In this document: positions 37,196 through 49,788 of the stretch, in pieces
Layout of the letters: every line of letters begins with the position of its first letter
How positions within the stretch are numbered: the first letter of the stretch is position 1
Origin: Fistulifera solaris
Lineage: Eukaryota
Direction: 5' to 3'
Assembly: GCA_030295235.1 (NCBI GenBank)
Contig: AP026126.1
Coordinates: 806,001-870,000, forward strand
Length of the DNA: 64,000 nucleotides
Notes under the pieces: generated by a model
The model's database searches: none
Seen by the model: only the letters and a program-made list of their open reading frames with translations
What the model was told of the DNA's origin: nothing
Translations under genes and position numbers: made by a program

Positions 37196-38138
37196 TTATC
37201 GAGGTATCGTAGCTCCTATTCACCATTTTTGAGCCATCGGTATCGAGCAGACGGAATGAGGGCCACCAACAAAGTCGAGAAACTTACAGATCCGAGACGA
37301 TTCGAACATTTTCGGTGCAAGTGATCGACGTTATCATCGCAAATGACGCTAATGATAGGTTCGAGTTGTTTGAAGCAGCGTAGTAGCAATTTTAGATGAA
37401 GAAGCAGAAGGAAGTTAGTGAGCACGGATCCGTTTAGCGGCTTTGATGGGACAATGTAGATTCATGACTGAAATGCAGTCGTGATCATGTTTGGGTCAAC
37501 ACTTGGGCCTATAGTGTTTGCGGAAGGGACTTCGGCAACATGTTCGCCGTAAACGAATCGACTCATTCATCGCAAATGACGCTATTAGTTGGAGCACTTG
37601 CAGCTTTGGATAATGTATACATTACATGAAAGGCTTCGGCACACGTGGAAGTGGAAATTGAGGGACATTGTAGCTGCCTGCTCAGTTTAGTATTATTGAC
37701 ATTCAACTGAATATGAAGAATTATTTTAAGTCGAATGAAAGATAATGTAGAAAAGGTCGCTCACCCTAGAAAAACACAAGACTACAGCATCGCGTCAGAT
37801 CTTGGTAACATAGAAAAATTTTCCTCGTCACACTCACAACAGGCACCAACAGAAATCACGAATCACACGTGCAAATTTCAGTCACTAGTGTCAGAGTCAT
37901 AGTTTTTGCGGTTCCGTGTTCTTGTTTCTTGTTCGGTGTGATGGAAATGTTCTGCACGCGGCTTCGTCGCTGTAAACCGTGTACCATACTTTGTAGGTAA
38001 CGTCACGATTTCTTTGTGAAAGATTCGATTTGCTAGAAAATCTCGAATCTCTTTCCCATTACCCCAGTTGAAAAAGACTTCGTCAGCAAGCCAACATACA
38101 CTTGAAATACCGACTACACTACAAAGTAATTGAAGCCA

Positions 38139-39214
38139 ATGCTTTGTGCAGAAAGTGCTAAGATGACGAGTCGGTGGCCTGCCAGAATCATGATTAGATC
38201 ACCTGGGTTCTGGAGAGCATCGTCTGCATCCGTTGAGTTGACATCGTGTCAACCCGCAGCGAGAATATCGCCCCATCGATTGCGTCTCCACTCAACTTGT
38301 ACGATGGATCTTGTGAGTAACGCTGTTTCGCCTAATGTGGTATTTTCTACTCTTCAGCACGCCATTCGCCGCGACGTGTTACAGCCGTACTCCGGGAAAA
38401 ACGTCCCCAGCACGATATTCCAGCAGCATCTCATGGAAAGCGCCCTGCTCGATCACCTCGAGCCGCGTATCATTGCTGATGAAATGGATCTTGTGCAAGC
38501 AGCTGAGAGACGCGAGCAATATGACAAAGTTATTCTTCTATTGCATCACGGCGAGAACTTGAGCCAGGTTCTGGCCGGTCCAGAACAAAACCAAATGAAC
38601 TACAATTTGTGGTGCGAAGAAGACCCGGAATCTTTGACCGGCAAAGGGATCGGTCAAGCATTGACACTCTCCCGTCGCATGGCTGCCTTTTGCAACGAAG
38701 ACACGCGCCTTCTTCCTGAATTGATTGTGGTAGCGCCTCTTCGAAAGGTTTTGCAAACCACATACATGGCCTTTCCCTACGATACGCCAGCCCACACTAT
38801 TCGAAATGTCAAGTGGGTTTGCCACCCGGATATTATTGAAAAGACCTCGGTTTCTCCCCGTGATATTAAATCAGCGTTTGGCGATATTGATTGTTCCCTC
38901 TTCTCGGATGATCGATCGGAAGACATGTGCGCAAATAGAGAAGAATCTCTTCTACAGCGTGCCGATTCTTTTCTCAATTGGCTTGACTCTCGGGAGGAGC
39001 GAGTTGTCGTTGGTAAGCTATTCCTCTCGCTCCTTTCTGTCTCATTGCTTCCCGTAAACTGACATTTTGATCGTTCTTCTCCTTATTAGTTTCTGGAGAC
39101 ACTGCTTCCATCAACACATTGAGTTGCCGCCTCCAGAGCATCCAAGGCACCATTCCACGAGCATTTCACAATGGGGAACTTCGCACATACGGAGTTCATT
39201 TCTCGTACATTTGA
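38139..39214 (+). CDS. Histidine-phosphatase/phosphoglycerate-mutase-like protein with degenerate active site
   Basis: VILLLHHGE, LTGKGIGQA, IVVAPLRKVLQT, ESLLQRADSFLNWL. Intron 39013-39089, then VSGD...FHNGELR. Confidence 0.8.
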
Positions 39215-39380
39215 AGTCGTGATCTCACAACAACTTGTAGCTTTGCACATCTGAAATTTTCTACATCTGCCATTCTTAATAACAACACAAATTACTTTCC
39301 TAAATTTCGATAAACGAATTTCAAATTTATTGTCTAAAACCAAGTTGAATCTAAAATATAGTCAACGAAGGAAAATGAGT

Positions 39381-40013
39381 TTATCGAAAACTCAGTGCGA
39401 CCTTAGGCACAAAGAATGGACTCCCCAAGCCATCTGGGACGGCAGAAGTGGTTGCGCCAACGTCAGCTTTGAAAGCAGCGATCTTCTTCGAACCGACAAA
39501 TGGAGAAATCTTAGCGACATGTCCCATTTTGTCCAACGCAGCAGGAGCTAAGATGGTGGAACGATAAGCCATTTCACAACGCGGTAAGAGATGCGGAAGA
39601 TTTTTTAACAGTAGAACCACAGCGCACATAGAAGACATACCTGGCTTAAATACAGAGGCCGACTTCATTGCAGATTGACTCAGTCTAAGAAGAAGAACAT
39701 CAATTTGCAGCATCGTAAGAATAAGGAACAATACCAGGAACTACTCAGCCAGAAGTAAATCAGCGCTATTTAACAAAATGCACGGCTCTCTTCGTACTGT
39801 TTCCAGCATAAATACTCCGTATTTGTAAAACCAACTATTAAAACTGGAAATCCGATAGTCGGCGTTTATGCAATAAACAAGAGCATGCAAGTGGTGACCA
39901 GCGACAAGCGAGGATTGAAAGTAAATAAAGTTTAGCGACGACTCGTTTCGAAGAAGCACTACTTACCCTGTCAAGACAGTTTTGTTCGAAATAATACTGG
40001 GAATTTTGACCAT
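39381..40013 (-). CDS. Small 4-exon hypothetical membrane protein (~119 aa)
   Basis: Reconstructed as MVKIPSIISNKTVLTG|FNSWFYKYGVFMLET|FLVLFLILTMLQIDVLLL...FKP|APAALDKMG...LSFR* using GT-AG introns 39966-39844, 39797-39741 and 39640-39548, all frame-consistent. Confidence 0.55.
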
Positions 40014-40175
40014 TTTGTCAAGACACAGACTCTTTTCGTAATTATTCCTTCAGGAACCTAAATCGAAACCTCTGAAGCGAATGTTGTTCTTGTTGCTACT
40101 TCAGGTGCGGCGTGCGGCTTGGGGGCTTTCGTCTTTCGTCATCGCTCACGAAGGGATAAAACGAGGCCTCAAAAT

Positions 40176-40930
40176 TCCGGGTCTCCCTCCGTCAATAAAT
40201 TTCCCTAAACCTTATACGAGGCACGTTGCACACATGAAACTCACGTAGAAACTTAAAGCGTTTCATCTTTGATCCCAATCACGAATAAAGTGCGCATAAT
40301 TGAAGTCAATGATCGTTGATGTTGATGGCACCCATTCTGCATGTTGATGCATTTTTTAGAGAGATGCAAAACCGAACCGAAAAGTGGTGTGATCGAACTC
40401 ATAACCAATTTCCTTCTGTCAGTAAAAAATTTCCTTACGGGGCCAACGTAGAATTCACGTAGACATTCGCAAGATTGCATCTGTTTTGTCTTTTCACGTT
40501 TGGTATTTTAAAAATTAGTGCCGATTCTTGCTAATGATTTCTATGAAAATATGATGGTATGATGAGAATTGTTACAATGAGATTTGTCGCAGTCTGACCC
40601 GAAAATTGATGAAGTCGAATTCGAGAAGGTCCGGGTGCTAGTGCTAGAACCTACATCAATATAATTCCTACGGCGGCTACGTGCATATCCTGTAGATATT
40701 CGAAGCGTTGTACCTTTGCTATTTTCTAGGTTTTGATTTCGAATTGTTTGTGAACAACGTTTATTAATGCTAATTATTGATATTGACGAAAGATTTAATG
40801 ACCATGCAGTCATGGATGCGCGAAGACTGGATGATGTGAATGTTGTCCGGGTGCCCTCTCTGTCAATAAATTTCCCTACGGGCCTACGTGAAATTCACGT
40901 TGACGTACGAAGCGTCGCATCTCCTTTATC
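40176..40930. repeat. Degenerate array of four ~80-100-bp cores at ~205-240-bp period
   Basis: Core TCCGGGT..CTC.GTCAATAAATTTCCCTACGGGCCTACGTGAAATTCACGT.GAC...GAAGCGT..CATCT is recognisable at ~40176, ~40410, ~40630 and ~40846. Confidence 0.7.
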
Positions 40931-41056
40931 CGCCACAAAAATCGTTGCCGTCCATTCTAGCATTTTTTCTTTGCGAGCAAGGCATCATAAATCATTACTG
41001 GTCCCAATGATGATTCAATCGGTAGCCCGAGCTAACCTGATGGGCACAATTCTTAA

Positions 41057-44000
41057 ATGAGAAAGAAATATTCAACGTCCTCTGGTTTCCTACCGTTGTG
41101 TTGGCAGGTCATCATGTTGAATTTGCTGATGAAATACGGAAGGCACTCGGTGCAACCATGGACGTCGATCCGCATGAGACATCACAGAAGACTGGCTTCA
41201 CAGCTCGTTTTCACTCCGCGGATGTTTGCGTCACAGTCATTTCATGTAGGGGATTTAATTGTGAAAAAGACCGAAGGCTCCGACAACATTACGGGGGTGG
41301 TAAAAGAAGTGAGAGGGTCTGGATGGTATGAAGTGGAACTCGAAAATGACAAGCGAGTCATCAAATGTCGTGGATCCTCATTATTACGGAGGACAGATCT
41401 ACCAGTATTGAGAGTCGAGAACACATCGCGCATCGAGCTGCAAGAAGTTTACGTAGCTGATACGCCGCTTTGGGACGTTCCGCCTCCAACCACTATCTTT
41501 GATTTAGATGCAGCAGTGCGACAGCTTCAATCCGATCCTCCATTACATCAGCGAGACCTTGAATATCTGAAACATGTGTCCCATCATATGTCGTACGAAA
41601 AATGGGTGGTCTTTACCGATTTACATTGCTACTCAGAAACGCTAAACACGACGCTCAAAGTGTTAGACCATGTACACGAGCTAGCGATCACGAGGAACGC
41701 CGGAGTTTTATTTCTGGGGGACTGGTGGCACCATCGTGGTACGCTTCGTGTTGACTGCCTCAATGCAGTTCTTAATAGCTTAAAGAACTGGACCGTACCT
41801 ATGGTGATGATACCAGGAAATCACGACCAAGTTACTTTGGGCGGCCACATACATGGACTGACGGCCCTCGAAAATTCATATCAAGTACGAGATAAGACAG
41901 GTAGTGGCAAAAGATACCCAGGTCCTCTCATCTTTTCCTATCCTACCAAATTTTTGGACGCATTGTTCATACCTCATGTTCGTGATAATGCCATCATGGA
42001 GTCGCTCCTCCAGTCTTCACTTTCGAAGAGTGCCGATGCTATCTTTGTCCATGCAGATACATCTGGCGCCTACATGAATGACTTAATTGTGTCACGTGAC
42101 GGTATTTCTATATCTTTATTTCCACCGGACAAACCAATATATTCCGGTCATTTTCATAAACCCCATGTCGTAAAGTCGAAGCGAAATCGATTAGAATACC
42201 TCGGATCACCGTACCAAGTTTCCCTTTCGGAGGCTCACCAGCAAAAAGCTCTTATAGTCGTTAATGCCGCTGACAAATGGAATTGTATTGAACGAATTCC
42301 AATCAACATCGGAAGAAAGCATTTCCGTGTAAATAGCATTGATGATTTTCTTCGGCTTCATCCATCCAACCAGATTAGTGCCGATAATACGGTAATGCGT
42401 CCAGGTGATCGTGTTGTCTTAACTTTAAACAGACAAATATATGCTACAGCAAAGTTGACCAAGAATGGGGAGGAAAACAAGCAACTTGAGGCTCAAGCAC
42501 AAGCTCTCCGATCACACGGTGTTGTTGTTGAGATTCGAGAAGTAAAAGAGAGTACATCTGGCACAGTCACGCCCTGGGCCACTCCGGAAGAGGATTTGGA
42601 CCCCGCTTCTCTCTGGAATAAATATTTGTATGAGTCGCTGGATCAGGGGTCCGTATCTCAGGACTTATCGGAAGAGCTCAAAGAACAGGGATTAAAAATG
42701 TTGGAGTCACTAGCTGATGATGTTACGTCAAATGGACTTCGTAGCCAGACTAAGCTTTTGTTTGAATCCGTCTCTGTGGAAGGATTTGGTCCTTTCCAGC
42801 AAAAAGTAGAGTACCCTTTAAAAAACCGTGGCCTGATTTTGTTGCGGGGAGTTAACGAAGATGCTGGGTCCGATAGGTAAGTTCTTTGTTTCAAAACATT
42901 CCTGATCAATTGCGAGTATCTCATTTCATTATCAAGCAGCAATGGAAGTGGGAAAACTTCTTTAGCCGTGTCAATTCTATGGGCTCTCACTGGCACCACG
43001 GATCCGCGCCCCTCACAGGACTACAAAGTATCCGATGTCGTTAACGACTCATGCAAAGTAAGTGCAATCGACGGAAAGGCCTGCCATTTTGGAAGTCCTA
43101 ACAATTTTCAGTCTTCAAGGGTGATCGTCAACGGAGAACTAAATGGAATTAAATTTGCAATCAGCAGGACGAAAACCCTCTCAAGAGGAGGGCTAACATT
43201 TATATTCGGTGGAGATGACTTGACGGCACAATCGGTCCAGGAAACTCAGAAAATAATCAACGAAAAGCTTGGTATCAGCGCAGAGCTATTATCGAGGACA
43301 CTATTTCATGGACAGCATTCACTAAATGGACTTCTTGAGTCAACAGATACAAAGTTAAAGGATGAGCTATCTTTAATTGTACCTCTCGACATATGGCAGA
43401 AAGCAGCGTCGTTGGCAAGGGAAGAAATCAAGCTCGGCCAGCAAAGTTGAAGCCCAGCTAGACGGCATGATTTGTGTGCGTTTAGCTGATTTGGAAACCG
43501 CGCGCGAAAAGCTCAACTTCACTTCAGCACAAATGGAGAAAGCGCGATTGAGAAGAGACGCTTCCCTTGGGACGTTTAAGGAATTCGCAGTTGCATTACC
43601 TACTGAAAGTGACACGATCACGCAAACCAAATCGTTAGGTTTACTGAAAAGCGAGCTAGTTTCCTGCGAGTCTTATATTCTCGAATTGGAGAAGGAGCTT
43701 ACAAGTACCAAGGGCCTGCTCGACCAAGACCTGGTTGCGTGCGATGGAGAGATAAAAAAGCTAGAAAGTTCACTTGTTGAGTTAGAAGCCTTGGAAAGGA
43801 ATGTGCATCATGAGCAACAGGTAATGTTGGGTCATCTGGAGGTCGCAAAGAAAGATTAGCCCGCTTGGAAACCATGTGGAAAGTAGATCTCTCGCATGAA
43901 GTTCCCAAGGATTTCCGGCTACCTAAGGAATGCCCTACATGTTCTCAAGCGATCAATGATTTGAACCACTCACATCAAGACAAAAGCCTTCAATTGTCTG

Positions 44001-44988
44001 TTGTCGAAAGCATGACATTGGCGTTTGTGGAGCATGAAACAATGATCAGGCAAGCTGAGGAAAGGACGGATGATTTGCAAATGACTCGAGACAGGACGAA
44101 AGCCCTGAGAGAGGAGGTAGGACGAATGTTACAAGATAGGGACAAGAGCGCACGAAAATGGACTGCTGAAATCAGAGATATGGAAAGTAACTTGCACCGT
44201 GAACGAAATAGGCAGCGAGAGCTGTCTAAGCAGCTATCGGAACTCGCCTCGTCTATTGATCGCAATTTACAAAAGGCATCTTTGGATGCTTCGTTACAAG
44301 AAGCGAGTGAGAAAGTTCGCTACCTTGAAATGACGGTCGAATCGGTACGAGAAGAAGTAACGAAACTCGAAGAAACGCTGTTCGAACTAAATAGACAGAG
44401 AGACCAGCACTCGCGATCCAGTGTGGTCATGTCAGAGCTATCGCAACTATTTTCACCCAAAGGCATTCAATCATTCATTCTGAAAAACACCATTGCAGAC
44501 TTGGAAACAGCAACTCAAACGTTTTTGACGGAAATCAGTGATGGTACACAACAATTACATTTGTCATTAGAGTCTGGGAGGGAATTTCACGCCGCGCCTT
44601 CGTCACAGGCAATGGTGGGAACTACATGGAACGCCCACTTGGCTCTCTGTCTGGAGGTCAATGGAGACGATGTTCACTCGCTTTGAACTTCGGTTTCGCT
44701 GAACTTATCGCAAGAAGAGGAAAGTTTCGTTCGTCGCTGTGCATTCTAGACGAACCTCTGACGCATTTAGACCGTTCCGGTCGTTCCGACGTCGGACGCC
44801 TCTTGCGTAGGTTCGTACGGCAGTCTCAATCAGGAACGGAAGGTGCCGCTCTCGGCTTGTCATTCGAAACGGTTTTAATTATACTTCAAGATCTAGCGGC
44901 GGAAGAACTCGAAGAATCATTTGACAGCGTGGATCAAGTCATCAAACAAGGAAGCGTGAGCTCCGTTGTAATTGACGGTGGTTTGTAG
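41057..44988 (+). CDS. Single-chain SbcD-SbcC (Mre11-Rad50-like) nuclease/SMC-ATPase fusion
   Basis: Phosphoesterase motifs FTDLH, LGDWWH, PGNHD, FVHAD and YSGHFH are in the same ORF as the SbcC start (VSVEGFGPF). Walker A NGSGKTS follows intron 42877-42939; then coiled coil, zinc hook CPTC, signature LSGGQ and Walker B LDEP. Frameshifts near 43420, 43855 and 44580. Confidence 0.88.
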
Positions 44989-45021
44989 TTGATACAAGGT
45001 GGAGCTTTACTAACTCGAACA

Positions 45022-46382
45022 CTATTCGCCTTCATTTGCGGCTTTCGCGGCTTTCTTTTCGGCATTTCGTTTTTTCGAAAACGACTCCATTTCTTCGCGT
45101 ATATCCGAGGGTAGGACTGGGCGGAAGCTCGGCAACTCGGCAACAAACAGCAAAGAATGCGCCCATCCACTATGCGTCGAAAATCTGTCTCGGAACAAGT
45201 CGCCCACGGCTCGGTATACGGTTGGTGTCAAGCTTTTTACATTTGACGTCTTAAAGGCATAATCTCGGCGTGCCATGTCCCACACGTGGACATCTACAGG
45301 GATCGCTTCTGTTTGCTGCAAGGAAAACAAAGCTATGCAATCAGCTACTTTGCGACCAACCCCAGGAAACTGAATAAGAGCTTCTTGTACATCCAAAGGT
45401 GAATTGACACCTCGTAAGCTATTTAAGTACGGCTCTCCCCCGACTGCTTGTATTTTCTCCATTGTGCCTAACAGATATTTAGCGCGGTAGCCCATTCCAC
45501 AGACATTGCGTAATTCGTCTTCAGTAGCCTTCGCAGCCAAACTTTCAAATCTCGGAAATGAATAAAAGGTTTCTTCATTGCCGTCGCTCGTTCGAAGGGT
45601 CAGTAGCGGTCTTCCGTAAGTACGTCGAATCTTCGCCAGCATCCCGAAGATTCGGGGTATGTTATTGTTGGATGAGCACAAAAACTGACCAAACATTCCC
45701 ATGGATCTTGGCAAATGACACGGACTCCAGGAATACACGCGGCGATACTTTTCAGGCGACTGCACTCCTGCGACCATTGTTGGTATAACACCGATAGCGA
45801 CTGATCTAACTGAAAGTAATGATACAAGATATCATCTGTTTTCACAATGTCATAATCTGGTGGTGCGAAAAGAACTTTGTAAAGAGTTGTGTCTCTCGTC
45901 TCGCGCAATAGAAGGACCAAGTAGTCGGAGGTATCTGGTATTCGGACTGTTCCGATCCATTGTGTTGCGTTGTGAGTCCCCCATGCCGAAGAACCAGCTG
46001 GCTCGTCTACGGCTTTCCAATGAAAACACTGCCCGGTCGTTAAAGTCGCCGAAGGGCGCAACTCACAAGCAGGTACTCTCAAGTCTCGAAATCCCTCATC
46101 GCTGAGTGCGTCCTCTTTCTTAACAATGATCGGCTCACGATTCTGAAAAGGTATAAACTTCTTTGCAATGCCTTTTTGGGGAGGCGTTGAAGATACAAGT
46201 TGATCGGGAGTTACAGTTCTCAGCGAACGTTTCTTGCCTTTTGTCGGTGTCGGTGTGCGGGGTTCAGCGGCAGCACTAATAACTTTGGCGATACTTCGGG
46301 CGGCTCTTGTCATTTTCAAGAAAGCATGTACAGAATTGAGGAGAAAGAAGTACAAAGAGATAGAAAATAGTCGATAATGCAT
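45022..46382 (-). CDS. OGG1: 8-oxoguanine DNA glycosylase OGG1
   Basis: TLTTGQCFHW, GVRVICQDPWECLVSF|LCSSNNNIPRI, GMGYRAKY and the HhH-GPD motif FPGVGRKVADCIALFSL...IPVDVHVW, GWAHSLLF. Frameshift near 45680. Confidence 0.95.
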
Positions 46383-46909
46383 CCCAGTCAACGCTTTTCG
46401 AGTTAATACGTCTCCCGTTTTTTTTTTGAAGTCGAACCTTTTTACTGTATAACCTCGGGTCTCGCGGGTCTCGCGTCTTTCAATAACGCAAGACCGCAAG
46501 ACGCAACACCTCGCGTCACGCACGCACGACGCGTCAGCCGACAAAATGGACGGCGAACGTACCGTCACAATGACTTCTATTGACTGGTTTTATAAGTATA
46601 CAGGAATCCCTATGTCATTATCTCTCTATTATGTGTAAATCGCAATACCACGGAATACAGTATATATCGAGTACCGAAAAATCCTTTCTATGATATAGTG
46701 AATATAAGCCGTGTCCTTCTAATTATTTCGACACGGCCGTACGAGGTATTCTTGTTGGCAGAGGCGCGGGAACCGCGTCCTCCGAATTATTCGTTGTGGT
46801 CGATCCGAGCGCATCATTGCATTGATCTTTTGAAACCCTGCATTGTATTCAACAAGTTACTTTTATTTTAAGTTCGACGCTAAAGGGCATCGCTAGAGTG
46901 CTCTGCACC

Positions 46910-49701
46910 ATGCCCTCCACTCGAAACAGAACGCTCCGTTCCACCCGCAACGGAAATCTGTCGACCATTGAAGCGCTACCGGAACCGTTACCAAGTCGAA
47001 ACCTGCGTTCGGCAAAAGATGATGAGCTTAAAGCGAAAAGAAGCAACAATATTGAGCTTGGCAGTGAAAAAGAACCTGTTGGAAAAAGATAGAGTCAGTT
47101 ATAGCAACTACCGCAGGAGAAGAAAATGGAAGCCGCACCAGTTCAGGCAACAGCAATAATAAAACGAGTTCATCGAATATTGCTTCGAAAGCAGCTTCTT
47201 GGGAGGATCAGGTCTTTGATTTTCTGACGAATAATCAAACAGGAATGCTCGATGAAGACGAAGTTGTTTCTCGAATGAATCGCATGGTACGAGCGGCGAC
47301 GCAACAATTCGATTCGGCCAAAAGTATAATGAATACGGTGGTCAATGACAAGGTACTTTTCGACAGCTGTTGCGAAGAAGCACAAAACCAGGCTGTTATC
47401 GATGACCTTTTAAAGGATATATTTGGTGCGCTGACTACGCTAGATCGTCATGCCGTCTCTTGGATTAAACGGACCGTCGGAGCATCAGGACGGCGACAGA
47501 AAAGCAAACACGGTCTTCTTCTGGCAAACACCAAGCGTCGTCTTACTCGTGGGATGGCAAAAACGTCGGTAGCTACCAAGAACGAAGATATTCTTTATAA
47601 TTCAGTTCGAGAGATCGAACGCGAAAAGAACATCGCGAGTCGTCGTCGCGAGTGGAGACTTTCTTCTTCTTCATACAATGCTGATGATGAAGGCGACCGC
47701 TCGAAGGCAAATCGTCTCAAACGACGCACAAATGGAGAACAATCTGTAAGATTTACTTTCTTTAGAATGAAAGGTATTTGTGCGTCTCTAACTCTATGTT
47801 TCCACAGAATGCATCCTCGAACAAACGAATTCGACACGAAGAACAATCCACGCGTACTTCTCGTCCTGTCGGAGAGCCCATCCTTGACCTTGCTGCGCTT
47901 GAGTTAAGTAAACAAAAGATATTAGGTAAAAGAAACACAGCAACACGCAATGGCAGCTTTGAAGCTTATGTCAAACGATCCAAGAAGTGGGTGCCATCAC
48001 AGTACATACAGATGGGACTTATGCACAGTCTTCCTGGTTGGAACGAGATGCAAAACTACGTTCACAAGATCAATAATCTTGGCATTGAAGTACTGTTGAA
48101 GGAGCAAATGAAAGGACCTCTCACGAGATTCTTAGTTTGCGAGTATTTTTACAGTGATTTGGATAAGGCATGGTAAGTTTGTGCTCGCCGTTTTGCTTAG
48201 CTTGTCGCGTTAATCATAATTGGTTCTGATTCTATTTTGACAACTACCAGGTTTCAAAGTGAAGAAGTCACGGTGACACAAAGAGACCCAGAAGGTTTGC
48301 CCAAAACTACTTACTGGGAAGCGTCCAAAATGTGGAAGCAAAAGCGACGGGGTAAAGGTAGGCGCTTTTCACCACGTTTTATTCACGGGGAAATCATTGA
48401 AAGGAATAAGTATCGCCAAGCCGTCCGATTTTTCCAGCAGCATGGTGAATTGCTCGACAGCGTCCCGTTTCCTTACGATGTAGCGAAACGTATACCTATT
48501 GGTACTGCGATTGCTGCGTGGAACAATGCAAGGCAGATCATATGCCGAGGGATGGTTGTCAATCATAACACAGAGCACTCTACCTATAGCGTCGATTTTG
48601 GAGAGGACGATGCTAACCAGGAAGTTCCTGACAGTCACGTAGCCACTCTTGGAGGACCCGAGCAGTCCAGAAGTGCTGCTCTTTCTAAGGACTCGAGTCT
48701 TTCGTTGCTTGGTAAGTTTGGGAATCTTGAATCACTCGTCGACATGCAATCATGCTAACAACTATGTGGTATATTATGTAGACGATACGAAAACTAAGGC
48801 GCAGCTCTTAAAGGAACTAAGGAGCCTCGTGCGGTTTGATCCTTCACGACGTTCGTTGCTACCAAGAAAGCACACCCTGCATCGATCCATAGACAAAGAA
48901 AATGTCACACATGTAAAAGATCAAGTTGCTGAAAGAGAAGCTTTGGTCTGTTTGGCTGATTCAGTCGATAAACTGCTGCACAAAAAAACGCTACTTCTCG
49001 AAAGCCTTGAGGAATATAACGATGATGTTCAAGATTCGAGCGACGAGCGTTATCTATGGCTCAGGGATAGTTGCAAGAAGGTCGACGTCTGCCTCAACAC
49101 GTTGCTGCGCTACGTTGATACGTTTTACGGAACTGCATTTTTGCCTAATCAGTACGTTCATCTCGCTTATTCTTCTATGCGAATTGCGAAAGCACAATGG
49201 TCTCACTCTCCACCCTCTCGTCACAGACGGGCCGGCGAATCACCGCCCATTGCGTCACGTGATGGATTTAAAGGGGCTCTTGACCGCTTACCACATTTGC
49301 TAGTAGTTGATTGCTGTAAAGACACAGGAGATATATTCACGGAACTCTCAATGCTGACAGCCGATCACTTACTTTCTGAAGTTCATCCAACTCTCCGACC
49401 ATCGCAAATGCGTAGCGATGACCACAAAGATGCAGATTGTGAGGATGCCCTTTCTAAAGTAGGTCGTATTTTGCTTTCTTCATCGTTTGCAGTATCCGGC
49501 ATCATTTCAAAATCAGCCACTGTAGCCACTTGTGCGAGCGTGAATAACTCTTCAAATGATCAAGAGCAAGAAACTTATCCTTATGGTGACGACGACGACG
49601 ATTTCTTGGCTTCTACTTATTTGGCGAGACGTGAAGCTCTTTCCGAGTTAACGGAAGCGGCCGCCTTGTTCCATGCTGAGGTGGCCCTGTCGGCTCTCTA
49701 A
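46910..49701 (+). CDS. LIN9: LIN-9/ALWAYS EARLY-like DIRP-domain protein (DREAM/MuvB subunit), multi-exon
   Basis: RFLVCEYFYSDLDKAW|F, GKGRRFSPRFIHGE..ERNKYRQAVR..Q (DIRP), followed by Tudor-like YSVDFG..EVPDSHV. Introns ~47746-47808, 48173-48250 and ~48712-48781. Confidence 0.75.
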
Positions 49702-49788
49702 GTTTGGAAGTGTTAACAAGAATTGTTGATTTTAATGGCAGCTATTATTACGCAGTTGGACATGATGTCGAAATAGACTCACTTTTGC

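Noticed and set aside
40176..40930. CRISPR array
   Set aside because: Repeats are ~80-100 bp, highly divergent and irregularly spaced; there are no cas genes and the context is intron-containing eukaryotic DNA.
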